DNA from: an uncultured Pelagibacteraceae bacterium
Lineage (GTDB): Bacteria > Pseudomonadota > Alphaproteobacteria > Pelagibacterales > Pelagibacteraceae
Length of the DNA: 64,000 nucleotides
Direction of reading: 5' to 3'
Assembly (NCBI GenBank): GCA_902630065.1
Contig: CACOTF010000001.1
Coordinates: 133,854-197,853 of the forward strand
In this document: positions 28,939 to 39,394 of the stretch, piece after piece
How positions within the stretch are numbered: the stretch's first letter is position 1
Layout of the letters: each line of letters opens with the position of its first letter
Notes under the pieces: generated by a model
What the model was told of the DNA's origin: nothing
What the model saw: the letters and a program-made list of their open reading frames with translations, nothing else
Databases searched by the model: none
Position numbers and translations under genes: made by a program

Positions 28939-29806
28939 TTTTTAAAAAGAAACTTTTTAATTGTTTAATTGTTTCTTTGGGATTTTGCTCTGGTATAAAA
29001 TGTCCAGATTTAACAGCAACTCCTAAAACTTTTTTATTTGAATATTTTTGCCAAATTTTAATAGGTTTAAATTGTTTACCTATAACACCATTTTTTCCCC
29101 ATAATACTTGAACAGGAATATTTAATTTTTTCTTTCGATCGTATCTGTCATGATCAAGATCAATAGTTGCAGATGCTCTATAATCCTCACATGATCCATG
29201 TATTCTCTTTGGTTGCTTAAAGCACTTAAGATAACCCTCTTCAACTTTTCCAAATTTATGATTACCTGACCATTTATCTAAACAATTCTTCATCCATTTC
29301 CTAGGATCGCTCATTATCATTCTTTCTGGTAGCCACTTTGGCTGAATTAAGAAAAACCAATGGAAGTAAGCTTTTGCAAAATCTCTAGTTGTTAGTTCAT
29401 ACATATCTAATGTTGGACAAATATCTAATACACTTAGAGCAAGCACATTTTTTCTGTGGTCTCTTGCCAATCTATGAGCAACCCTTCCACCTCTATCATG
29501 TCCTGCAACAAAAAATTTAGGATATCCCAATTTTACCATCATTTGTTTCATATCACTCGCCATTTCTCGTTTTGAATAATTGAAATGTTTGCTATCAGAT
29601 GGTGGAGTTAAACTATTTCCATAACCTCTTAAGTCTGCAGCAACAACTGTAAAACTTTTCGATAACTCTGGAGCTGTTTTGTGCCACATTAAATGTGTTT
29701 GAGGGTAACCATGAAGTAATAATAAAGGTGGTCCATCTCCTTTAATTTTACAAAACACTTTCCCTTTTTTAACTTGTACGTATTTGCTCTTAAATCCTTC
29801 AAACAT
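28931..29806 (-). CDS. Haloacetate (fluoroacetate-type) dehalogenase, alpha/beta hydrolase
   Basis: LHGYPQ, GHDRGGR, YFHWFF, CEDYRA and GHFIPE motifs. Confidence 0.85.
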   Translation of the reverse strand: MFEGFKSKYVQVKKGKVFCKIKGDGPPLLLLHGYPQTHLMWHKTAPELSKSFTVVAADLRGYGNSLTPPSDSKHFNYSKREMASDMKQMMVKLGYPKFFVAGHDRGGRVAHRLARDHRKNVLALSVLDICPTLDMYELTTRDFAKAYFHWFFLIQPKWLPERMIMSDPRKWMKNCLDKWSGNHKFGKVEEGYLKCFKQPKRIHGSCEDYRASATIDLDHDRYDRKKKLNIPVQVLWGKNGVIGKQFKPIKIWQKYSNKKVLGVAVKSGHFIPEQNPKETIKQLKSFFLKNA

Positions 29807-29928
29807 TTATTTATTTTAATTTATATTTTTATAATTCAATCAGTAATTTTAAAATTGTTCAAATATAACGTTAATAAGGTCAATTATTAAATTGAATTAT
29901 CATTCATTGAATGTATACCTTCATTTTT

Positions 29929-30963
29929 GTGAGAATTGAAGAAGAGCTAAAACTAGATTATTCCGACGTACTTTTTAGACCTAAAAGAAGCACTCTTAAA
30001 AGTAGAAAAGACGTTAATTTAAAACGAACTTATCGTTTTAAATACAGTAAAAATGAATGGTCTGGAATTCCTATAATGGCAGCTAATATGGACGGTGTAG
30101 GAGTACTAGGTGTAGCTGAAAAATTATCTGAATACGGAATGATTACATGCTTAACAAAACAGCATGATGTTAAAAAAATCAAACAATTTAAAAAAATTAA
30201 ATCAATATATCCAAATGTAGCTTTAAGTATTGGAACAAAAAAAGAAGATTTTCAAAATTTAGATAAAGTTTTAAAAGAATTTAATTTCATTAAATTTATA
30301 TGCATTGATGTTGCAAACGGTTACTCAGAGCATTTTAGTAAATTTTTAAAATCTGTAAGAGATAAATATCCAACGAAAACAATCATAGCTGGTAATGTTG
30401 TTACCGCCGATATGACTCAAGAATTAATTTTATCAGGTGCTGATATTGTCAAAGTTGGAATTGGACCAGGAAGTGTCTGTACAACCCGAATACAAACTGG
30501 AGTTGGCTATCCTCAGTTAAGTGCGGTAATAGAATGTGCCGATGCAGCTCATGGATTAGGTGCACATATAATTGCAGATGGTGGATGCACATGTCCAGGT
30601 GACGTTGCTAAAGCATTTGGTGGAGGAGCTGATTTTGTTATGCTTGGAGGAATGTTTGCAGGTCATGATGAAGGTAAAGGAAAATTGGTAAAATCTAATG
30701 GCTCAAAGTTTGTTGAATTTTACGGATCAAGTTCTGAAACTGCAAATAACAAACATTATGGTGGACTTTCAGACTACCGAAGTAGCGAAGGCAGAACAGT
30801 AAGAGTTAAGTACCGTGGTAAAATTAATGATACCATTTTAAATATTTTAGGTGGTGTGAGAAGCAGTTGTACATATGTTGGAGCGCCCTCTTTAAAACAA
30901 TTAAGTAAGTGCACAACTTTTGTAAGAGTTACTAAGCAATTTAACGATACATTCACTAAATAA
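29929..30963 (+). CDS. guaC: GMP reductase
   Basis: [27 protein letters not shown] and [11 protein letters not shown]; likely GTG start at 29929. Confidence 0.95.
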   Translation: MRIEEELKLDYSDVLFRPKRSTLKSRKDVNLKRTYRFKYSKNEWSGIPIMAANMDGVGVLGVAEKLSEYGMITCLTKQHDVKKIKQFKKIKSIYPNVALSIGTKKEDFQNLDKVLKEFNFIKFICIDVANGYSEHFSKFLKSVRDKYPTKTIIAGNVVTADMTQELILSGADIVKVGIGPGSVCTTRIQTGVGYPQLSAVIECADAAHGLGAHIIADGGCTCPGDVAKAFGGGADFVMLGGMFAGHDEGKGKLVKSNGSKFVEFYGSSSETANNKHYGGLSDYRSSEGRTVRVKYRGKINDTILNILGGVRSSCTYVGAPSLKQLSKCTTFVRVTKQFNDTFTK

Positions 30964-32037
30964 ATGAAAGAGTATTCTATAGCTTCTATTGCTGGCGACG
31001 GCATTGGAAAAGAAGTTGTACCTGAAGCGCAAAAAATTTTAAAAGAAATTTCTCAGCAACATCAATTTAAATTAAATATAAAAGATTATGATTTCGCATC
31101 ATGTGATTATTACGAAAAGCATGGAAAAATGATGCCAGATGACTGGAAAGATAAATTAACTAAACACGATGCAATTTTCTTTGGTGCGGTTGGTATGCCA
31201 GATAAATATCCTGACCATATAACACTTTGGGGATCATTGTTAAAATTTAGAAGAGAGTTTGATCAATTTATTAACTTAAGACCTGTAAAACTTTTTGAAG
31301 GTGTAAATGCCCCATTAGCTAATAAGATGCCAGGTGATATTGACATGATAATTGTAAGAGAAAATACTGAAGGTGAATACTCATCAGTCGGTGGAAGAAT
31401 GTATCAGGGAACTGATAGAGAGGTGGTTATTCAAGAAACAGTAATGTCAAAATATGGAATAGATAGAGTTCAACAATTTGCATTTGAATTAGCTAAAAAA
31501 AGGAAAAGAAAAAAACTGACAAGTGCAACGAAATCAAATGGAATATCAATTACAATGCCTTATTGGGATGAAAGATTTAATGAGAATAAAAAAAATTATC
31601 CTGATGTAGAAACAGATCAGTATCATATTGATATATTAGCTGCTAGATTTGTTCTAAGTCCTGAACGTTTTGATGTGATAGTCGCATCAAACCTGTTTGG
31701 AGATATTTTATCAGATCTAGGACCGGCTTGTACTGGAACAATTGGAATTGCACCGTCAGGAAATATAAATCCAACGAATAAGTATCCATCATTATTTGAA
31801 CCTGTGCATGGATCTGCCCCGGATATTGCGGGCCAAGGAATAGCTAATCCAATTGGTCAAATTTGGTCAGCTGCAATGATGTTAGATTACTTGGGTGAAA
31901 AAGAAGCTTCTGATAGAATAATAAAATCAATTGAATTAACTCTTAAAGATAAAAATAGTCGAACAAAAGATCTTCAAGGCTCTAGTAATACAGAACAATG
32001 TTCAAAAAAAATTTTAGATAATCTTAGTTCAGTCTAA
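30964..32037 (+). CDS. Tartrate dehydrogenase / D-malate dehydrogenase (decarboxylating)
   Basis: GDGIGKEV, DHITLWG, ATKSNG.SITMPYWD and EPVHGSAPDI motifs. Confidence 0.9.
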   Translation: MKEYSIASIAGDGIGKEVVPEAQKILKEISQQHQFKLNIKDYDFASCDYYEKHGKMMPDDWKDKLTKHDAIFFGAVGMPDKYPDHITLWGSLLKFRREFDQFINLRPVKLFEGVNAPLANKMPGDIDMIIVRENTEGEYSSVGGRMYQGTDREVVIQETVMSKYGIDRVQQFAFELAKKRKRKKLTSATKSNGISITMPYWDERFNENKKNYPDVETDQYHIDILAARFVLSPERFDVIVASNLFGDILSDLGPACTGTIGIAPSGNINPTNKYPSLFEPVHGSAPDIAGQGIANPIGQIWSAAMMLDYLGEKEASDRIIKSIELTLKDKNSRTKDLQGSSNTEQCSKKILDNLSSV

Positions 32038-32052
32038 AATTTAATCACAAAT

Positions 32053-32934
32053 ATGAATTTAATAAAAAAAAAATCTATTACTAAAGTCATAATTTTATCT
32101 ATATCAGGATTTTTTATTCTAGTTTGCCAAGACTCTACCGCAAAATATTTAGGAACATTGATGCCATTAAATCAAGTAATTTGGGGCAGATTTTTTTTTC
32201 ACTTTGTGATTATTTTAATTTTATTCGCAATATTAAAACCTAAGTTAAACCTAAAAAGCAATTTTAAAGTTAATATTATTAGATCTATATTAATGGTTTT
32301 TGCTACATTTTTTTTCATTCATTCTTTACAAAAATTTGACCTTGTAGATATCTATGTAGTTTTCTTCTCGGCTCCACTAATAGTATCAATTTTAACAGCG
32401 TTGTTTTTAAAAGATATTCTTTCACCTAAGGGTATAATTTTAATGTTGTTAAGCTTCGGATGTATAATTTATTCAATGAGTCCAAGTATGAAGGTATTAA
32501 GTTTAGACTTAATTTTTCCTTTAGTGCCGCCAGTATGTTGGGCTTTATATCAATTTTTTACAAAATTTATTTCTGGTAAAAATGATCCTTTAATAGCGTT
32601 ATTTTATGCTGCTGTTGTAGGGGCTATTGTTTTCTCTATTTATGTAATGTTAGACTGGACTCCTATTGAGAATAAAGGGTTATGGGTTTGGTTGATATTT
32701 CTTGGTGTATTAGGTTTTACTAGCCACCTTTTAATTATATTTGCAATTCAGCTATCAAATTTATCTTTTGTAACTAATTTTCAATATTCACAATTAATTT
32801 GGTCAACATTAATCAATTTTTATATATTTGGAGTACCTTTTGATTTTAACAAAACCTTTGGAGTTATTGGAATAATTGTTTTTGGAGTTTTATTTGTTCA
32901 GGCCGAAAGTAGAAAAAAGAAAATTAGTTCTTAA
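32053..32934 (+). CDS. DMT/EamA family transporter
   Basis: 10 TM segments, EamA-like repeats, FQYSQLIW. Confidence 0.85.
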   Translation: MNLIKKKSITKVIILSISGFFILVCQDSTAKYLGTLMPLNQVIWGRFFFHFVIILILFAILKPKLNLKSNFKVNIIRSILMVFATFFFIHSLQKFDLVDIYVVFFSAPLIVSILTALFLKDILSPKGIILMLLSFGCIIYSMSPSMKVLSLDLIFPLVPPVCWALYQFFTKFISGKNDPLIALFYAAVVGAIVFSIYVMLDWTPIENKGLWVWLIFLGVLGFTSHLLIIFAIQLSNLSFVTNFQYSQLIWSTLINFYIFGVPFDFNKTFGVIGIIVFGVLFVQAESRKKKISS

Positions 32935-35365
32935 AATCTTTATTGTTTAGAGGTTTTTCTAATACTTCAACTGGATATTTTTGTTTTTCAATTTCAATGT
33001 ATATATTTTTATCTTTTAATGTTTCAATCGTATTTCCAGAATTGACATATCCAAATGATAGATTTTTATCATAACAAAAAGAATAATTTCCTGAAGTTGT
33101 TCTACCAATTATTTTTTCATCCATATAAATAGGTTCTTCATGTAGTAAAAGCGGCTCACCAGGTTTGCTGTCTTTAAGAGTAAACATCATCATTCTCTTG
33201 TCTAATTTTTGGTCTTTAATTTTTAATAGGGCATCTTTTCCAATAAAGTTGACATTTTTTTTATAACTAATTGCAAATTTTAAACCTGCTTGATACTGAT
33301 TTTCTTCTGGCGAAATATCGTGACCCCAGTGAACAAATCCACTTTCCATTCTCATAATATCCATTGCATGCATTCCACAATGAGATAGTTCAAATTTTTT
33401 CCCCTCTTCAATTATAATTTCATATAAATCCTTAGCTAAACTTGAGTCAACATAAAGCTCAAATCCTAATTCACCAACGTAAGAAAGTCGTTGAGCCCAA
33501 ACTTTAATACCATTTATCATTATGAACTTTCCAGTTCCAAACTTAAATTTATCATTACTAAAATCATCATTGCTTATTTTCGAGATCATCTCTCTACTCT
33601 TTGGACCAAACAATCCTAAACAACAAATATCCTCTGTTACATCTTTAAAAGATACGTCTTCATCTAAATATTTTAAGATATGGTATTTATCGTGTTCTCT
33701 AGTAGCTGCAGAGCTCACAACTCTAAAAAAGTTTTTATCCATACATACAACAGTTAAATCTGTTTCTATTCCACCATCTTCATTCAGCATATGAGTATAT
33801 GTTGTTTTACCAATTTCGTTTTTAATGTTAGCGGTACATAACTTTTGAAGTTCTTGATGAGTTTTTTCCCCTTTTAAATCAAACTTTGAAAAAGTTGAAA
33901 AATCAAAAAGTCCAACATTTTTTCTTGCATTTAAAGTTTCATGCTTTGCTGATGGGTACCAATTTTGATAATTAAAACTATATTCATACTTAGCCTCTTT
34001 ACCATTCAACGAATACCACATTGGTCTTTCAAATCCTCCTGCAACTCCAAAACAAGCTCCTGCTTTTTTTAATTCCTCGTGATAAGGTAAAAGCTTTTGA
34101 TTTCTTGATGTATTATGCTGTTTAAATGGCCAATGCATTCCATACAGATCACCAAGAGTTTCTGTTACCCTTTCCATAATGAAGTTTTTTGAAGAGTGGA
34201 ATTTTTGAAACCTTTTAATATCTAATGAAAATAAATCCTCATTTATATGTCCATTCATCATCCATTCGGCTGTTACTCTACCCGCTCCTCCAGAGCTAGC
34301 AATTCCGATGCTATTGAAGCCACAACATGTATATAAATTTTTTACTTCTGGAGTTTCTCCTAATAAATATTGTGTATCTGGGGTGAAAGACTCTGGACCT
34401 GAGAAAAATTTTCTAATTCCTGCACTTTCTAACATTGGTAATCTATGAAATGACTTTTCTAAATATGGTTCAAAATGATCGAAATCATCAGGAAGTTCGC
34501 CAAAAGAAAAATCATCAGGCACTCTTCCAGTCTCCTTGAATGCTGGTTTTGCATTTGGTTCAAAAATTCCAACAAGCATTTTTCCTGCGTCCTCTTTTAA
34601 ATATAAGCATGCATTATAATCTCTTAAAACAGGAAGATTTTGAGGTAAATCTTTCATTGGCTCAGTAATTATATAAAAATGTTCATTTGGATATAAAGGA
34701 ACGCTAACATTAATTTCTTCACCTAATTGTCTAGACCACATTCCTGTAGCCATAACTACATACTCACAATCTATAATACCTCTCTCTGTCTCCACTCCAC
34801 TAATTCTTGAATTCTTTGTAAGTATTTTTTTTACAGGAGTTTTTTCGAAAATTTTGGAACCTTCCATTTTTGCAGCTTTTGCAAGAACGTTAGTAACTCC
34901 AACAGGATCTGCTTGTCCATCTTTTGGCATGTAAACACCACCAACAAGATCTTCACTATGGATCACTGGATACAATTCTTTTAGTCTTTTGTGATCTAAA
35001 ACTTCTACTTCAACGTCAGACAATTGAGCCGTAGTTGCTTGTCTTAACAATTCTTGCATTCTTTCTTTTGTAGATGCAACTGTAATTGCACCATTCTGTT
35101 TAAGTCCTGTGGATAAACCTGTAGTTTTTTCTAACTCTTTATAAAGATCTAATGAATATTTTCTTATCTTGGTAATTGTCGATGATGCACCTAACTGACC
35201 AATTAATCCTGCTGCATGCCATGTAGTACCTGAAGTCAATTGATCTCTTTCAAGCAATATTACATCTTTCCAACCAAATTTAGCTAAATGATAAGCGCAA
35301 GATGTTCCAGCAACTCCTCCACCTATAATTACAACTTTACATGAATTAGGTAAACTCTCTGTCAT
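32924..35365 (-). CDS. FAD-dependent sarcosine/dimethylglycine-dehydrogenase-like protein (DAO + GcvT domains)
   Basis: GGGVAG, SGTTWHAAG (covalent FAD His), GPESFTPD and YVGELGFEL motifs. Confidence 0.9.
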   Translation of the reverse strand: MTESLPNSCKVVIIGGGVAGTSCAYHLAKFGWKDVILLERDQLTSGTTWHAAGLIGQLGASSTITKIRKYSLDLYKELEKTTGLSTGLKQNGAITVASTKERMQELLRQATTAQLSDVEVEVLDHKRLKELYPVIHSEDLVGGVYMPKDGQADPVGVTNVLAKAAKMEGSKIFEKTPVKKILTKNSRISGVETERGIIDCEYVVMATGMWSRQLGEEINVSVPLYPNEHFYIITEPMKDLPQNLPVLRDYNACLYLKEDAGKMLVGIFEPNAKPAFKETGRVPDDFSFGELPDDFDHFEPYLEKSFHRLPMLESAGIRKFFSGPESFTPDTQYLLGETPEVKNLYTCCGFNSIGIASSGGAGRVTAEWMMNGHINEDLFSLDIKRFQKFHSSKNFIMERVTETLGDLYGMHWPFKQHNTSRNQKLLPYHEELKKAGACFGVAGGFERPMWYSLNGKEAKYEYSFNYQNWYPSAKHETLNARKNVGLFDFSTFSKFDLKGEKTHQELQKLCTANIKNEIGKTTYTHMLNEDGGIETDLTVVCMDKNFFRVVSSAATREHDKYHILKYLDEDVSFKDVTEDICCLGLFGPKSREMISKISNDDFSNDKFKFGTGKFIMINGIKVWAQRLSYVGELGFELYVDSSLAKDLYEIIIEEGKKFELSHCGMHAMDIMRMESGFVHWGHDISPEENQYQAGLKFAISYKKNVNFIGKDALLKIKDQKLDKRMMMFTLKDSKPGEPLLLHEEPIYMDEKIIGRTTSGNYSFCYDKNLSFGYVNSGNTIETLKDKNIYIEIEKQKYPVEVLEKPLNNKDFKN

Positions 35366-35385
35366 TTGTTAAAATCTATGCTCGG

Positions 35386-36396
35386 CTATGACTTAGTAAA
35401 ACGACTAAGATTATTTCTTTGTTGTGACATTTCATTTTCTATCCATTTAAAAGTTTTAGTTAGCCCATCCTTTAAGCTCATTTTATAACTCCAATTAAGA
35501 ACTTTTTTTGCAAAGTCATTATTGCTTGATCTTCCCCTTACACCTTTTGGTTTGTCTAACTGGTAATTTTTTTTTAATTTTTTTACACCAGAGATTTTTT
35601 CAATTATTTCTATCATCTGATTAATTGAAACCTGTTCGTCGCTACCTATATTTACTGGCTCAGAACAGGTTGACTCAAATAGTCTTAATGTTCCTTCAAT
35701 ACATTCATCTACAAATAGGAATGTTCGAGTTTGTTTACCATCGCCCCAAACATCTATTGTTCCAGTATTATTTTTTTTTGCGTCTATAACTTTTCTGCAT
35801 AATGCTGCTGGAGCCTTTTCACGTCCGCCATCATATGTTCCATATGGACCATAAATATTATGATACCTAGCAATTCTTACCTGCATCCCATAATCTTCCA
35901 TAAAATGTCTGCACATTCTCTCGCTAAATAATTTTTCCCATCCATAACCATCCTCTGGATCAGCCGGATAAGCATCTTCCTCTTTTAAACCTTCAATAAA
36001 AACTTCCTCTTGTTTTGATTTATTATACGCACATGCACTTGAAGAAAAAAAATATTTTTCAACCTTACTCTCTTTTGAAGCAATTAATAAATTTGTATTG
36101 ATTAATACAGATTGCATACATTCAGCTTTGTTATTTTCAATAAATCCCATACCACCCATATTACAAGCCATATTAAAAACATAATCAATTTCTTTGGTTA
36201 CTTTTCTGCAATTAGAAATATCTTTCATATCCATTGAATAATGATTTTCAATATTTTCAAAATCTTGGAACCAATACTCCTTGGGTTTTATATCGCAAGC
36301 TACTACTTTATTACCATTATCTAAAATTTTTTTTATTAAATGACCGGCTATAAAACCTCCTGCGCCAACCACTAATACTTTTTTGTTTTTAATCAT
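35386..36396 (-). CDS. NAD-dependent epimerase, GDP-mannose 3,5-epimerase-like
   Basis: GAGGFIA, MGGMGFI, SSACAY, YGWEK, GGREKAPAA and GVRGR motifs. Confidence 0.85.
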   Translation of the reverse strand: MIKNKKVLVVGAGGFIAGHLIKKILDNGNKVVACDIKPKEYWFQDFENIENHYSMDMKDISNCRKVTKEIDYVFNMACNMGGMGFIENNKAECMQSVLINTNLLIASKESKVEKYFFSSSACAYNKSKQEEVFIEGLKEEDAYPADPEDGYGWEKLFSERMCRHFMEDYGMQVRIARYHNIYGPYGTYDGGREKAPAALCRKVIDAKKNNTGTIDVWGDGKQTRTFLFVDECIEGTLRLFESTCSEPVNIGSDEQVSINQMIEIIEKISGVKKLKKNYQLDKPKGVRGRSSNNDFAKKVLNWSYKMSLKDGLTKTFKWIENEMSQQRNNLSRFTKS

Positions 36397-36471
36397 TATT
36401 TATTATATGTTTTTTGTTCTTAAAATCTAATAACCATACTAATTATAATACAAATTAACTCTAAAGATAAA

Positions 36472-37527
36472 TTAAAAACATACAATATGATCAATATGTA
36501 TAGGTCTTTTTATACCAAATTTTTCATCAGCTTCGTGTTGATGAATATGATGAGAATGAACAAAAACTGGTATTAATTTGTTACTTAATGTTTTTAAAGT
36601 ATAAATAAAATTTGAACCTCTAAATTTTCTATCTACTACTTCAAGTTTGAGATTACTGGCATCATCATGTTGTAAGTCCTCTGGTTGTATTAATAGTTTT
36701 ACTTTAGATCCTATTGGGAACGGTCTGGCGAAATTTCCAATTATTGTACCTAAATCTTCACTTTCAAGACTTTTCGGACTAGTAACTTCTGCTGGTATCA
36801 AAGTCCCTCTATTCAAAAAATTAACTACTTCTACTGAATTTGGTAAATGATAAACGTTATATGGATCATCATATTGCTTTAATTCACCATTTAATATTAT
36901 TCCACATTTACTGCCTAGATAAAAAGCTTCATATGAGTCGTGTGTTACAATTATAGTTGTTATTTTAGAATTTATTAAAATTTGCTTTAATTCAACTTGA
37001 ATTTCCTCCTTAAAACTTTGATCTACATTAGATAATGGCTCATCAAGCATAAGTAAATCTGGTTGTGAGACTAAAGATCTTGCTAAAGAAGCTCTTTGTG
37101 CTTCACCGGCACTAATCTCATGCGGAAATTTATTTAATATTTTGTTTAAATTTAAAAAATTAATTACTTCTTTAGTTTGTATTTTTTTATCATCTTTCAC
37201 TCTATCTGAGCCAAGATTAATATTTTTTTCTATATTGTAATGAGGAAATAAACTGTTCTCTTGAAATGATAAAGCAATATTACGATTTTCTGGCTCTATA
37301 TGAATATTTTCAGAAGAAATTGTTCTGCCTTTTAGATTAATTTTACCTTTATTAATTTTTTCTAAACCTGCAATAGTTCTTAATATTGTAGTTTTACCTA
37401 TACCAGAAGGACCAAGTAAACATACAATTTCACCTTCATTTTCAATTTTTAAAGAAACATTATTAACTTTATTTTTCCCACCAGCAGCAAAAGATACATT
37501 TTCAATTTCAAAAAAATTATTAGCCAT
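36472..37527 (-). CDS. sfuC: Fe3+ ABC transporter ATPase
   Basis: GPSGIGKT Walker A, degenerate ISAGEAQR signature, LDEP; operon context. Confidence 0.88.
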   Translation of the reverse strand: MANNFFEIENVSFAAGGKNKVNNVSLKIENEGEIVCLLGPSGIGKTTILRTIAGLEKINKGKINLKGRTISSENIHIEPENRNIALSFQENSLFPHYNIEKNINLGSDRVKDDKKIQTKEVINFLNLNKILNKFPHEISAGEAQRASLARSLVSQPDLLMLDEPLSNVDQSFKEEIQVELKQILINSKITTIIVTHDSYEAFYLGSKCGIILNGELKQYDDPYNVYHLPNSVEVVNFLNRGTLIPAEVTSPKSLESEDLGTIIGNFARPFPIGSKVKLLIQPEDLQHDDASNLKLEVVDRKFRGSNFIYTLKTLSNKLIPVFVHSHHIHQHEADEKFGIKRPIHIDHIVCF

Positions 37528-39137
37528 TAGTCTTTCAAAATAAATTTAGACGTAATCAAAATAAATGTACTTGCAATTAATATCAAGAATAATGATGGAA
37601 CTGCTGCAGCCTCTAAGAGATCTTGAGATGCAAAAATATATGCTGTTGTAGCAAATGTTTCAAAGTTAAATGGTCTCAATATTAAAGTTATAGGTAATTC
37701 TTTTATTACTTCTATCGTAATTAATATTCCTATTAGAAATACAGAATTTTTTAAATAAGGAACATGAATTCCTAAAAAAGTTTTTATTTTCGAGTAACCG
37801 AGAAGATAAGAACTTTCATCAATTGACCTATTAATCCTATCGTAACCAGTTTTCAGTCCATTATAAGATAGTGAATAAAATCTTATAAAATAAACTATCA
37901 CTAAACCGAAAATAGATCCTATAAATATTTTCTTAATAGAATTAAATTCAAAAGTTTTAACAATAGTATTATCAAACCAAGCAATAAAAGTAATGAACGC
38001 AACAGCTAAAATTACACCAGGTATCGCATATCCTGTAATAGAAAATGTTGTAAGAAAGTTTAAAAATTTACTTTTAGTTACTCTATTTCCATAATTTGAA
38101 ATAAATGAAAAAACTACTAATACGATACTAGATAAAAAAACTAGATAAATGGTGTTTGAAAATAATTGAAAGGTATTTAAATCAAATAAATTTTTTGGAA
38201 AAATTATTGTCCAATATAACATTTGTAAAACGGGAAATAGAAAACTTATAAAAAATACTAAAAAACAAAAACCAAAAGCCAAAGTCCCTTTAGAAAAATT
38301 TAGTTTAATTTTCTTCTTTTCTTTGATGCCACCTTTAATTGGAGAGTGATATTGAGCACGTTTTCTCGAAATATTTTCAATAAAAAAGAGACCTAAAATA
38401 AATAATAGTAAAAAAAATGAAAGCTGATTTGCAAAAGCTAAATCATCAAATGATATCCATGAATCATATATTCCTGTAGTTAGAGTTGCTATGCCAAAAA
38501 ATGATACTGCCCCAAAATCAGATAAAGTCTCCATTGCAACTAATGCTAATCCTGCAACTATTGCAGGTCTAGCTGATGGTAAAATAATCTTAAAAAAAGA
38601 TTTATATTTTGAAAAACCTAAATTTTGTCCTAATTCTATTAAATTTTGAGATTGATAATGGAAAGATGCTCTCGTTAGAACGTAAACATATCCAAATAGT
38701 GAAAAAGATACTGATAAAATAGCACCAAGCATACCATCAAATTTAGGGATTGATCTATTATATTCACCAGGCCCAAATAAAGATTTTAAAATTGAGTACA
38801 GTGTTCCAAAGTTTTCAAAAAAAGCTGTTAATGAATAAGCATAAATGTAAGCAGGGACTGCAAAAGATAATATTAAGGCCCATTTAAAAAATTTAACGCC
38901 TGGAAAATCATAAAATGAAACTACATATGCACAGCCAACACCTAAGATTAATGTAAGAAATAAAACTCCTAAAAGTAATATTAAAGAATTATAAATATAT
39001 TCAATTAAAAATGTATTTTTTAAAATATCAAAGTAATTAGTTGTTTCTTGGAAGAAACTTGCAAACACAGTTAAAATTGGAATTGCGACAATAAATGAAA
39101 CTATAAAAGATGATAAGTACCAGGAATTAAATTTCAT
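37527..39137 (-). CDS. sfuB: Fe3+ ABC transporter permease
   Basis: Duplicated permease; ETLSDFG and KELPITLILRPFNFET motifs. Confidence 0.9.
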   Translation of the reverse strand: MKFNSWYLSSFIVSFIVAIPILTVFASFFQETTNYFDILKNTFLIEYIYNSLILLLGVLFLTLILGVGCAYVVSFYDFPGVKFFKWALILSFAVPAYIYAYSLTAFFENFGTLYSILKSLFGPGEYNRSIPKFDGMLGAILSVSFSLFGYVYVLTRASFHYQSQNLIELGQNLGFSKYKSFFKIILPSARPAIVAGLALVAMETLSDFGAVSFFGIATLTTGIYDSWISFDDLAFANQLSFFLLLFILGLFFIENISRKRAQYHSPIKGGIKEKKKIKLNFSKGTLAFGFCFLVFFISFLFPVLQMLYWTIIFPKNLFDLNTFQLFSNTIYLVFLSSIVLVVFSFISNYGNRVTKSKFLNFLTTFSITGYAIPGVILAVAFITFIAWFDNTIVKTFEFNSIKKIFIGSIFGLVIVYFIRFYSLSYNGLKTGYDRINRSIDESSYLLGYSKIKTFLGIHVPYLKNSVFLIGILITIEVIKELPITLILRPFNFETFATTAYIFASQDLLEAAAVPSLFLILIASTFILITSKFILKD

Positions 39138-39173
39138 ATATTATAATCCGCCTTATAATCATGAAAATCAAAA

Positions 39174-39207
39174 GTGCCCATGGTTTAGGAGACCAAACCA
39201 TAGGCAC
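39174..39207 (-). terminator. 15 bp stem-loop with U-rich tail upstream of sfuB
   Basis: GTGCCTATGGTTTGG-TCTC-CTAAACCATGGGCAC-TTTTGATTTT. Confidence 0.8.
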
Positions 39208-39220
39208 AAACTTTAGAAAA

Positions 39221-39394
39221 TCAAAAATTAAATACTTTTAGGATATGCGGAACCTCCTTAGATTTAATTTCGGACAATTTTCTATTATTTACACGTTTAT
39301 TGATTTTTTCACACTCCGAAGCACATGCAGGACAGGCTTTGGTAGATTTATTATAATCAACTTCCGTAGTAAATTTTTTTTTATCAGCTGTCAT
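39221..39394 (-). CDS. Small CxxCxxxC protein, 57 aa (not in ORF track)
   Basis: MTADKKKFTTEVDYNKSTKACPACASECEKINKRVNNRKLSEIKSKEVPHILKVFNF; ATG directly after the sfuA stop; ends just before the stem-loop. Confidence 0.65.
   Translation of the reverse strand: MTADKKKFTTEVDYNKSTKACPACASECEKINKRVNNRKLSEIKSKEVPHILKVFNF

Noticed and set aside
26529-29806. tRNA-anchored genomic island
   Set aside because: No integrase and no duplicated tRNA 3' end seen; the accessory-looking genes lie on the tRNA 5' side
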